From a virus (lineage: Duplodnaviria; Heunggongvirae; Uroviricota; Caudoviricetes), in the IMG/VR virus record IMGVR_UViG_3300033121_000823, positions 19,348 through 83,347 of that record: DNA of 64,000 nt. One strand, given 5' to 3'. Both the position numbers and the translations under genes were made by a program. Shown here piece after piece: positions 35,474 to 44,461 of this stretch (the first letter of the stretch is position 1; each line of letters begins with the position of its first letter). The notes below the pieces were generated by a model that worked only from the letters and a program-made list of their open reading frames with translations, searched no databases and was not told the DNA's origin.

Positions 35474-37447
35474 TTACTTACTATCTATCATACGAACATA
35501 ATTTTTAACGGCAGGCGTCGTATAATTCGACGCACTAACATATTGAAGCATAGGATATAATTTTTCTATCTTATCGTTCAATGTTTTAACTTTAACTTTA
35601 GCATCATCAACCTCTTTAATTTTTTCACTAAAGAAAGATTGATACATGTCATATAGATACTTATAGTCACTATCGTAATCTAACGACTTAATTATATCTA
35701 TTTCATCCTTCGAAAGGTTCTTTGACGGAGTATTAAATAGATTTCTATTTAGTATAGGATATGACGCATCAATTTTGTAAAGATTATTCTTTAATATTGT
35801 ACGAGTCTCATCTTTTAAATAATCATCAATATGAGTCCATCCAGCATTCTTTGCAGAATCTATTAGTTTTGATTTTAGACCAAAAATTGAGTCTAATACT
35901 GCTGAACAATTGTTCAGTTGCTTGATAAGTCGTGACATTGAATACCAATTCATCTTCGCATTTTTAATATCAAAACCGTGTAACTCGCAGTATACACCCT
36001 TTTTAGTAAAATCTATCGTTTCAGATACCCAACTTTTAGTTATATACGAACTTTGTTGATATCGCATTCCTTGCGAAGTTTTTGCTCTAGCTACACCTTT
36101 CTTTCTAGTTGGCTGATAAGTAACAGAACTTATTGGAAGTATAATTGAGTCATCACAACCTAGAGCATTAATGACAGACTGCTTATCCTCAAATAGATAA
36201 GCGGCTTTTCCAGTATTTGCTACATAATTGCGTAGACGGACTACTGACCCCTTCTTCTTAATAGCTGCTAAATCATCATAAAAAATGGTAAATTCTTGAT
36301 TTAGAGATATATATCTATGATTAACAGTAATCTTCGTATTTGAAAAATTCTTATAGCATTTACGACAATCATTAACTGATAAAGTAAATCCTGAGTCAGG
36401 AAATAATTGCTGATTATTATATTGAAAAGCTGAAACATTCAATATTCTTTGCAAAGTATAATCAAGCTTAGAATAATACTCAATGAATGTTAGACGCGAT
36501 TCATATAAGTTTTTACTATTCTTATAGGACTCAGATGCCATATTCTGAATAGAATTCTTAACCTTGTTCAAGGTATTCTCTATGAATGCTATAGTCTTAG
36601 CGTCATAGGATAAGCCCTCGCGAGAAACTTCAATTGATACATCTCCAGTTTCTACAAAAATATCTATTCCGGCAGAAGTAATAGCATTATTTATGCTATG
36701 ATTTACTACTGGATATGCAACTGATGCCATAATAATGCGGCAGCCAGTACCATCGCCCTTTCTAATACCCCAATTATCTTTCTTTAAAGAATATTCGGGA
36801 TTTACAATATTCAATTTATTTCCAACCATCTTTGGCTTAACAGTAAAATACTTATATAAGTCTGTTGCCCTATTAGCAAATGCTGATTCATCACCACGAA
36901 CAGTTGGAAAGCTAATCTTTACACCACTTCTTTCCGGCGAATGAACTTCGGAAAGTAGAGATAATGACGGAACTCCATCCTTGTTTAGGAAGGCTCGCCA
37001 TTCATACTTAATACCATTATACCAACTTGTAATATTGAATGTTCGTGTATGATATGAGAATGGTGTTTTCGACCCAAGTCCAAGACATCCATTAAATAAG
37101 TTAGAATTATCCTTACTAGACATTCCGTATGTGCTGAATACTTTTTGAATCGTTTCTTTGGACATACCAGTTCCAAAGTCGCGAATGTAAAATTCTGGCA
37201 TACTCCAAGTGGGGATATGTACCTCAAAAGCTTCAGCAGCGTTTCCATTTGCTATATGACTATCAAGAGCATTTGTACTTAGTTCACGGATGCAGGCTCG
37301 AATCTTATCAGAATATAATCCATCCGACAAAATATGGAACATTTTCGGCCCCATACTTATGGAGAATGTACTAGTTTCAAATGTATCGTCGTCTAAATTT
37401 ACGACTCTATTACCTTCATTCAATAACTTCATTAGAATTTTCCTCAA
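35474..37447 (-). CDS. rIIA: rIIA
   Basis: [38 protein letters not shown] aligns with T4 rIIA [47 protein letters not shown] also shared; 657 aa. Confidence 0.85.
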   Translation of the reverse strand: [657 protein letters not shown]

Positions 37448-37853
37448 TTATAGAATTAACCCAACTGTCTACACTCTTTAATACTTTTAATTGTTCTGAA
37501 TCAGGAACAGAATTCCTAACCCAGTTTTTAATGACGGACGGCATAAATAGTCTTCCATCTTTAATACCGTACGTTATACATCTATCACAATACTCAAAAA
37601 CGCTATCTTCATCATAGGATGTAAGTATTAGCTGTGGTTTTCCGGCTATTGCGTAAACTACTACAGCACGCTGTATTCTACCTAAACCAGTAATATACTT
37701 TATAAGGAAAGGGTCAACTATCGGCGTAACATCATCTTTTTTCTCTATTACCCTTACTACACTTTTCCCAAATTCATATCCGCAGGGACAAACTTTTGTC
37801 CTAACCCCTACAGAGCGTTTACATTCTGAGCATATCTTTTTTCCCTTACTCAA
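37416..37853 (-). CDS. zinc-ribbon protein
   Basis: CSECKRS...CPCGYEF. Confidence 0.4.
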   Translation of the reverse strand: MSKGKKICSECKRSVGVRTKVCPCGYEFGKSVVRVIEKKDDVTPIVDPFLIKYITGLGRIQRAVVVYAIAGKPQLILTSYDEDSVFEYCDRCITYGIKDGRLFMPSVIKNWVRNSVPDSEQLKVLKSVDSWVNSIIEENSNEVIE

Positions 37854-38070
37854 GTTCTATACCCGCCTTCCTGATAACCGATGCCGTATCAAATACCTTA
37901 TCTTCATCATGCTTAGAAAAACCAATTTCAGATACCACTATATCTTTATCAATAGAGTAGGATTCGTCTAAATATAAAAGTAAAACATTTATTGCAGCGT
38001 CTAAGTGATTGTTAATTTTATCGTTACAGATAACTACTCGTAAGTTACCGGAGCTAACATAGTACTTCAT
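37846..38070 (-). CDS. hypothetical protein (same frame as upstream ORF, separated by TAG plus 4 codons)
   Basis: 74 aa; weak RBS. Confidence 0.35.
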   Translation of the reverse strand: MKYYVSSGNLRVVICNDKINNHLDAAINVLLLYLDESYSIDKDIVVSEIGFSKHDEDKVFDTASVIRKAGIELE

Positions 38071-38082
38071 ATGTAATATACT

Positions 38083-38472
38083 CTAATTTTGAGTCTCCGT
38101 CAACGGGGCGTACAATTTTTCACAGTCTTTTATTATTTCCTCGTCAGTTTTTTCACTAAAATCTTCAAGAAATTTTGGGACATTTTGTATGGCTATGGAA
38201 GGTGGAAACCTACAGTTTTGTGCGATATGTAAAAGCCACACAGCTTCTCCATTCAGTCCATCAAAATTAATAGAGAAAAAATCACATGTGCGTGCAGCGT
38301 TTACGTCGTGAATGTCTATTCTAGACTTCGTTGAAACGATTATAGTAATCTCTTTTAGTTTCGAGCCGAGTTGTTTGGCTAACCCGCTAGCCCACTTAGC
38401 CGGTCCCTTTATAAATACTGCGTTTGGCGACATGCCTACTGGCGGCTTCCATTTATTTGGAGTTATAGACAT
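38083..38472 (-). CDS. hypothetical protein (TAG stop)
   Basis: 129 aa ORF. Confidence 0.4.
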   Translation of the reverse strand: MSITPNKWKPPVGMSPNAVFIKGPAKWASGLAKQLGSKLKEITIIVSTKSRIDIHDVNAARTCDFFSINFDGLNGEAVWLLHIAQNCRFPPSIAIQNVPKFLEDFSEKTDEEIIKDCEKLYAPLTETQN

Positions 38473-38517
38473 TTAAGATTATTCCTACAATAATACCAAT
38501 TATAATACCAGCCACAA

Positions 38518-38826
38518 TCATACATTTTCTAGCTCATTCGAAATCATTTGCTGTTTGATAGAATTATAGATACAGAGGGCTGGCCAAATCATATTTAATT
38601 TAATTATCTTTAAATCTGTATCTGATATATCAAGATTTTCTCTCATATCTCTTTCTATAGCATTTATAGTATCTTTAAGAGTATTGAAGAGTTCTAAATT
38701 CTCATCTTTGAATTCATCAACTAATTTAATAAATAGCTTATATGGAAACTGTGTATCCTCTAATTTCATCTCTTTTACCGACTGCTCATAAAAACTCTCA
38801 AGTAGTTCTTTTTTAACTTTTATCAT
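38518..38826 (-). CDS. hypothetical protein
   Basis: 102 aa ORF. Confidence 0.4.
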   Translation of the reverse strand: MIKVKKELLESFYEQSVKEMKLEDTQFPYKLFIKLVDEFKDENLELFNTLKDTINAIERDMRENLDISDTDLKIIKLNMIWPALCIYNSIKQQMISNELENV

Positions 38827-39320
38827 AAATAGAAGCTCCTTACTGTTATACCCTTACGAACCCAGCAGTCATTGATTAGTTCTTTAATGAAATCCCAATT
38901 ACCACCTGCTAATGCAGAACCAAAACGTGGACAGACAATCTCATACGTTGCACGACTATCATTCGCCATATCTGTAGATATACTTACAGCTACGCTCTCC
39001 ATACATCGTACAAGATGATTATAGAATAACGGTCTACCTCCACCAAGTGTTTGGGCACACATGTTAGCTACTACTACCATTCTATACGAATGATTCGTAT
39101 CCATATGATTTGAGCATGGAATTAGTTGGGTTTTTCCTAACATCTGAAGATACGTCTCTTCATGATATCGTTTTTTAGCTTCTGGATATAAACGTCCTAA
39201 AGGGACGACGAAACCAGCTCCCCAAGCATTTTTATTATTCACTATATGTGGAATATATAAGACTTTTCCAAGACTGTTTCCAACGTATTCAAATAAATCA
39301 CCTTGTGTTTCTGTAAACAT
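38823..39320 (-). CDS. macro-domain-like protein
   Basis: TQGDLFE ... HIVNNKNAWGAGFVVPLG ... VCPRFGSALAGGNW resemble the MacroD motifs VQGDIT, VNAAN..LGGGGV, FPAISTGVYG. Confidence 0.45.
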   Translation of the reverse strand: MFTETQGDLFEYVGNSLGKVLYIPHIVNNKNAWGAGFVVPLGRLYPEAKKRYHEETYLQMLGKTQLIPCSNHMDTNHSYRMVVVANMCAQTLGGGRPLFYNHLVRCMESVAVSISTDMANDSRATYEIVCPRFGSALAGGNWDFIKELINDCWVRKGITVRSFYL

Positions 39321-39321
39321 A

Positions 39322-39714
39322 TTATTCTGGCACCTTTAAGTTATAGTCTTTAGCTACTAATAGATATTCATACCTAATATCCTCGATATATTCTGGATTA
39401 CCCAACAAATCTATAAGTCCATCATGAAGACGGATTTGAAACCTGCTTAAGCGGTAAGAATTTAATGATTGCCTATCAATATCAAACCATTGTGGATAAT
39501 ATTCACATAGTGCTGGAAAATCTGGATTACCAATAATCTTACTAATTTGTTCTTCAGATAGAGCTAATCCTACTGCACAATTTCTAACTTCACCATCCAC
39601 AGTTACTTTATATAAGCATGTATCACCATCACTGGTTGCCGGTTTACCACACTCAACAACAAACTTTCGCCACGCCTTATCAAAAATATCTTGCAAAGTA
39701 ATTTTCTTATTCAT
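39322..39714 (-). CDS. hypothetical protein
   Basis: 130 aa ORF. Confidence 0.4.
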   Translation of the reverse strand: MNKKITLQDIFDKAWRKFVVECGKPATSDGDTCLYKVTVDGEVRNCAVGLALSEEQISKIIGNPDFPALCEYYPQWFDIDRQSLNSYRLSRFQIRLHDGLIDLLGNPEYIEDIRYEYLLVAKDYNLKVPE

Positions 39715-39916
39715 CTTCTTTCTTCCTCAATTGCATCATAGTAATGATTGGGCCGCCAGCACCGATAACGGCCATTACAACCTTTTCCCTTAACTCATCC
39801 TCAAATGGAAGTGTTCCTATCATGTAGACCATTGCAACACATACGCCACCAAAAATAGCATAATTCAAAGTAATAGTAAATGTCTTTACGATATAACGAT
39901 TTAATTCATCATTCAT
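39707..39916 (-). CDS. small membrane protein
   Basis: 69 aa with two TM helices. Confidence 0.4.
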   Translation of the reverse strand: MNDELNRYIVKTFTITLNYAIFGGVCVAMVYMIGTLPFEDELREKVVMAVIGAGGPIITMMQLRKKEDE

Positions 39917-39951
39917 TAGATTTCACCTTAGTATAGTCGTATCCACTTCTT

Positions 39952-40269
39952 TCATAGTTTCACCTTCTTCAAAATAATGTCGTCGGCGTCACCAAAATTC
40001 TTATTTGGGCCAGCAGAGATAGCAGTAATCGTTGTGTCAGTACTGGTTAGCTTTACTAAGGTTCCATACGAGTCGATTTCTAAAATCGAATCTTTTAATG
40101 CATTTCTAAGAATTACTTTGGTCGCCTCAACTTTTTCCACATCAACTACCTTAATCTTTTCATTAGCTGCCTTTCTAGCAGCCATAACGGCTGGAAATAG
40201 TTGGGCACAAAGTATTCCAACTATTGCTATAAGCACTAATAATTCAACTAAAGTGAATCCACGCTTCAT
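39952..40269 (-). CDS. prepilin-type (type IV pilin/pseudopilin-like) protein
   Basis: MKRGFTLVELLVLIAIVGILCAQLFPAVMAARKAA is a class III signal with N-methylation motif; resembles Planctomycete DUF1559 N-termini. Confidence 0.6.
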   Translation of the reverse strand: MKRGFTLVELLVLIAIVGILCAQLFPAVMAARKAANEKIKVVDVEKVEATKVILRNALKDSILEIDSYGTLVKLTSTDTTITAISAGPNKNFGDADDIILKKVKL

Positions 40270-40874
40270 TGGTTATATTCCTTACTAATAATTTTGTAGA
40301 TTACTCGTTCACCCTTTGGGCTTTTACGTTCATAGAGTGGCCGTACAACTACCCCTTCCATCACATTTGTCGCATTTTGTACACGGCTCTTTCCGGCCGC
40401 TAACAAAGTTAATTCTTGGAACGAGTGTGGAAACTTTCCTATGAATGGAGGACGTAATACATTATACGTATTGAACATCTTTTCCCTCTCATCAATATCT
40501 AGGAATCTTTCTTCATTACGGTCATATATGTCGAAAGCATAGAAAGCTCGCTTACCACCTTCAAGACCATACTTAAATCCCTTAACATTTCCAGTTGCTT
40601 CGCCATACAGCACGAAGTGAGTATTCTCGCGGAGAAAATTCTTACATGCTTCACTTAAAGTGTGGAAGCATGTCCAATGCTCACTTTTAAAAGATTCTTC
40701 TACCCAGTGATTTCTAGTTCCTACTTTAAATGTAGTATTTTTACTATCATAGTAAACTCTACAATTAGAGTTATGTACAATAATTCCATTTGCTATAAAA
40801 TTATTGTTATATTTTACTTCAATATCACAAGCTAAATATACTTCTTTTAAATAGTCTTTTTTATGTAATCTCAT
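40266..40874 (-). CDS. C-intein (35 aa) fused to C-terminal half of Rnl2/Rnl5-type RNA ligase
   Basis: MRLHKKDYLKEVYLACDIEVKYNNNFIANGIIVHN|S resembles split DnaE IntC (…VYDIGVERDHNFALKNGFIASN). Downstream EGVVVRP and KIISKEY resemble ligase motifs IV and V. Confidence 0.6.
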   Translation of the reverse strand: MRLHKKDYLKEVYLACDIEVKYNNNFIANGIIVHNSNCRVYYDSKNTTFKVGTRNHWVEESFKSEHWTCFHTLSEACKNFLRENTHFVLYGEATGNVKGFKYGLEGGKRAFYAFDIYDRNEERFLDIDEREKMFNTYNVLRPPFIGKFPHSFQELTLLAAGKSRVQNATNVMEGVVVRPLYERKSPKGERVIYKIISKEYNQ

Positions 40875-41601
40875 ATTTTTCTCTATTAGTTTTTAAACAA
40901 CTATCTGTAAATTTCACATCTTTGATATTAGATAAATCTAAATTATTTGACAATTTACTAATCCAAAATTTAAACTCTGACTCCTGCATATTCCCTTTCA
41001 TATAATTAATTCTTTTATGTACAATGACTATATTACTTTTAATATAGCCAATTTCTGGATTAATCCTATCAATTGATGCAGTCTGTTTTGTTACTTTATT
41101 ACTATCTGGATAGAAATTAATATTTATTCCAGAATAATAACATTTAAAATTTTGTTTTTCAAATTGACTCCAAATATCTTCCATAGATATATCTATAAAT
41201 ATAAGTCTTTCTTCGCAAGATTGTAATATTCTTCTATAATATGAATATGATATGTCTTTATATCCATTTTTCCTACATTTAGATATCTTATCACATCCAC
41301 AACTTTTTGTTAAGTTTCTTTTTAATGAACTTATATTTATAATTTTTTTATTTCCACAATCACACGTACATAAAAATTTAGCCTTATTATGTCTATCTAA
41401 TCCATGATATGACTCTACAATTAGTTTATTAAACTTTTTACCTATAACAGACATATCTACACCAGAATCCTTTTTTCTTCTTATACCATATTTTTTCATT
41501 TTTTTATATATAGTATGAGTAGTTGTGTTTAATATTCTAGCAGTGGCAGTTATATTGTTATAACTTAATAATTCTTGTAATTTTTCTTTTGTTATATGCA
41601 T
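40861..41601 (-). CDS. Mob-like HNH homing endonuclease between intein halves
   Basis: N-terminal HTH, CTCDCG...CGC zinc finger, ASIDRINPEIGYIKSNIVIVHKRINYMKGN variant HNH motif; paralogs at 50483..51094 and 61077..61787. Confidence 0.55.
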   Translation of the reverse strand: MHITKEKLQELLSYNNITATARILNTTTHTIYKKMKKYGIRRKKDSGVDMSVIGKKFNKLIVESYHGLDRHNKAKFLCTCDCGNKKIINISSLKRNLTKSCGCDKISKCRKNGYKDISYSYYRRILQSCEERLIFIDISMEDIWSQFEKQNFKCYYSGININFYPDSNKVTKQTASIDRINPEIGYIKSNIVIVHKRINYMKGNMQESEFKFWISKLSNNLDLSNIKDVKFTDSCLKTNREKYEIT

Positions 41602-41643
41602 AATTTGGTCTCCTTACCAAAATATACATAGTAAAGAAAAGAA

Positions 41644-42429
41644 TCACAAGTGTACTACATCATCTTTTTCTGTTAATTCTCCAGCGGAGACATAACCTCT
41701 ATTTTTTGTAAGAATAGGATGGTCAACTGTACATATCAGTTCTTTACCATTATCAAAATGTAATTTTAACCAAGACTTTTCTAACCTTTCAAACTTTGTT
41801 GCTAATACTACATCTTTAGTGTATGTATCATTTTCTATATCATAACTTATAATATTTTGCCCGGATTTAATATCCTTAATTTTAATATCTCCATCTGGAG
41901 TTGATACTAATGTATCCTCATGAACGCAGCCATGAATCTTCTCTTCAACCCACACTAACTCATTATCTTCAAAGTACTTATGGAGTTTTACGCCACTATC
42001 AATATCATACTTTGATAGTGATTCTCCGCTCGTAAAATTACCGCCGCTTGAAAGGTGTAGTTCTGGCTCCCAGTGTTTTACGCCAAGAACTTGGGATAAA
42101 TCGTCGCCCTCCTTAACTGTAAGTCCATCCGGAACTTTTACTAGGCAGCCGTCACTTAAATAACCGCGTAGTTTAACAGCCTTAACGCGTACTTCTTGCA
42201 CGCCGTCATTCTTGTTTAAGAATGTAAATGGTTCCTTCCAACAATCTACGACCGATTGTGGTTGAATCCAAACGGCTAACTCGCCATCCTGCCAACTATC
42301 CGTATTTACGACTACTTGAACAGTCCCCTCAAATAGACGAACTATAGATAACTTTTCGGCGTCTGGATGTTTTTCCTTCTTGACGACTACGACTGGCGCC
42401 TGATGTGTAAACTTTGTCATTCTTTCCAT
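41644..42429 (-). CDS. N-terminal half of Rnl2/Rnl5-type RNA ligase fused to N-intein (about 94 aa)
   Basis: About 165-aa N-extein ends in nucleotidyltransferase motif I EEKIHG. Intein block A CVHEDTLVSTPDG and block B TVDHPIL follow; the ORF ends in TGA without a C-terminal splicing block. Confidence 0.6.
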   Translation of the reverse strand: MERMTKFTHQAPVVVVKKEKHPDAEKLSIVRLFEGTVQVVVNTDSWQDGELAVWIQPQSVVDCWKEPFTFLNKNDGVQEVRVKAVKLRGYLSDGCLVKVPDGLTVKEGDDLSQVLGVKHWEPELHLSSGGNFTSGESLSKYDIDSGVKLHKYFEDNELVWVEEKIHGCVHEDTLVSTPDGDIKIKDIKSGQNIISYDIENDTYTKDVVLATKFERLEKSWLKLHFDNGKELICTVDHPILTKNRGYVSAGELTEKDDVVHL

Positions 42430-42656
42430 CCTTCTTCAATTACTATTGCGTATAACGATGCTGGATTAGTTAATGCTAGCTCAGTAGTTATACTTATCCA
42501 AGTACCATCATCTAATTGTAGATGAAGAACATTACATGCTATTGCATCAACTGATATTATTTTTTTTCCTATTAATTTTTCAGGGTCAATCTTCATTTTA
42601 CATTCCCCACGGTTATATGATATGAATCGAATGGATACCGATACTTTGGAAGACAT
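42417..42656 (-). CDS. hypothetical protein
   Basis: 79 aa ORF. Confidence 0.35.
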   Translation of the reverse strand: MSSKVSVSIRFISYNRGECKMKIDPEKLIGKKIISVDAIACNVLHLQLDDGTWISITTELALTNPASLYAIVIEEGWKE

Positions 42657-42967
42657 AACTTACTTCTAATGTCGGCTATTCCATCAGAATAAGCCTTTAG
42701 GAAGAAGTATGGTTTCTGTTCATAGATGTATGAACTATAGGAAAATCCTATTTTCCTTCCATTCATATACTTCCAATTCATTCGTCCTGGCTCTTCCTTA
42801 CCAAGACGAGTAATCGTAATATGTGCTCTGTATGCTTGTCTCTGTACATACCATGCCTTTGGAATTAGGGAATAATAATAATCTACAATTCCTTGGTCTA
42901 TTTCCAACGTAACATAGTGATTATGATACTTTACGCGACCTACGGATGAAAACACGTTTAACTCCAA
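42593..42967 (-). CDS. 2H phosphoesterase (LigT/CPDase-like or Acb1-like)
   Basis: Two H-x-T-x motifs, AHITITR and YHITVGN; 124 aa. Confidence 0.6.
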   Translation of the reverse strand: MELNVFSSVGRVKYHNHYVTLEIDQGIVDYYYSLIPKAWYVQRQAYRAHITITRLGKEEPGRMNWKYMNGRKIGFSYSSYIYEQKPYFFLKAYSDGIADIRSKLCLPKYRYPFDSYHITVGNVK

Positions 42968-44032
42968 TCATAATACTGTTGTTTTATCCTTATAAGTTGT
43001 TCCATAACTCTTCCACTTGATTGGTGATGAAATTAATGACTCTGAAAAACCTTTCGGCTTCTTATCGCACCAAGTTAAGAATATTCCGTCAGGTTTAACA
43101 ATTCTTTCAGCATTTTGAAAGATTCTTAAATTGTCACCAAATGTTCCATACTTGATTGGACCTTGATTTTTGTTGAATTTATTATGGTCGTCACCTAAAT
43201 TAATTCCAATTTCGGATTCGTTGAACGGTCCATCACCATGCCTTGAAAAGAATGTACGAATTACTCCAACAATTTCGGCGGTAATCCCTCTTAGTTTACA
43301 AAAATCTAGTGCATATCGAGGAGTTACACTGCTCCAAGTAGTGTACGGAATCATTCCATAAACTTCATCTAATCCAAAACCTTGAGTTCCCTCAAAAATA
43401 TAACACTTAAAGTGTTCTTCATATGGAGCTTCAAACATTTCAAGCGTTTCACCACACCATGACCACGGATTAAAGCTTATTAGCTTTTCAAGTATTTCAT
43501 AAGTACCAGAATAATTATAAAAAGAATCTATATATCTCTCTTTCATGAGATAAAGCTTATCTAGCTTATCCTGTACAGAGTCTCCATAAAAGATTGCGTC
43601 ATTGCCATACTTTAGGAAATATTCCTTAGTCTTTCCAACTCCAACTCCACAACTTAAATATCCATCATGGAAATCCATATATTTTTGGAGTGGAGTAGTT
43701 ACTAAACATTTAGGATGTATCCTCATTACATCTCTAAAATTTACAAAATTCTTCAACGCTTCATATTCACGACGCATTGCCAATGGTTCTACAATAGAAT
43801 TCCTATCATGCAATGTTTTCACCCCATGAAATGTTCCACTTCCAAATTGTGAGAAGATATGACTATGACCACTTGGTAAAACTACTCTATGTCCAGCCTG
43901 ATGGCCACCACAAAATCTGACATTTACTACGTCAGATGGAAAGTGCGTCTTAACGGCGTTAGCCGTAAAATAATCTACTGCTGTACCCTTTCCCTCATCA
44001 CCGAATCCCATACCAACTACAATTTTATTCAT
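42968..44032 (-). CDS. adenylosuccinate synthetase family protein (PurA-like, possibly PurZ)
   Basis: GFGDEGKGTAVDY (P-loop GDEGKGK), CGGHQAGHRVV (GGHNAGH), FEGTQGFGLD (FEGAQG); IMP-site motif GTTGRGIGP diverged to CGVGVGKT. Confidence 0.7.
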   Translation of the reverse strand: MNKIVVGMGFGDEGKGTAVDYFTANAVKTHFPSDVVNVRFCGGHQAGHRVVLPSGHSHIFSQFGSGTFHGVKTLHDRNSIVEPLAMRREYEALKNFVNFRDVMRIHPKCLVTTPLQKYMDFHDGYLSCGVGVGKTKEYFLKYGNDAIFYGDSVQDKLDKLYLMKERYIDSFYNYSGTYEILEKLISFNPWSWCGETLEMFEAPYEEHFKCYIFEGTQGFGLDEVYGMIPYTTWSSVTPRYALDFCKLRGITAEIVGVIRTFFSRHGDGPFNESEIGINLGDDHNKFNKNQGPIKYGTFGDNLRIFQNAERIVKPDGIFLTWCDKKPKGFSESLISSPIKWKSYGTTYKDKTTVL

Positions 44033-44056
44033 GGTTATGCCTTTAGATAGATATTG

Positions 44057-44461
44057 TCATACATTTTTTTTAGTAATATCAAAATGTATGCCTTTCATAT
44101 ACTTATTAAGCTGTTTTTCTTGAAAGAAAAAAGTATTTCTTAGTCGTTCTTTAATAGAACTTTCTTCATCAAGAAGAACATAATAGTCGTCTATTTTACT
44201 ACCATTTTTTATAAATGGAATTACGATTGAAAAAATTTGTAAATTGTTGGTAAGATAATATTCTTTTAGCTCATTTGCATACATTTTGTATTCAAAAGAT
44301 GGTACATCTATAGTAAAAACTTTTAATGAGCTATTCAATGAATATGGAATATATACGCAAACTCTAGAATAAGAACCTCTTCCAAAGCGAAATCTTCCAC
44401 TATTCCAAATTTCTAGACCAAGTACTTCTCTTAAAAGCTTCCTATTCGTTGGAAATGACAT
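44057..44461 (-). CDS. hypothetical protein
   Basis: 134 aa ORF. Confidence 0.4.
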   Translation of the reverse strand: MSFPTNRKLLREVLGLEIWNSGRFRFGRGSYSRVCVYIPYSLNSSLKVFTIDVPSFEYKMYANELKEYYLTNNLQIFSIVIPFIKNGSKIDDYYVLLDEESSIKERLRNTFFFQEKQLNKYMKGIHFDITKKNV

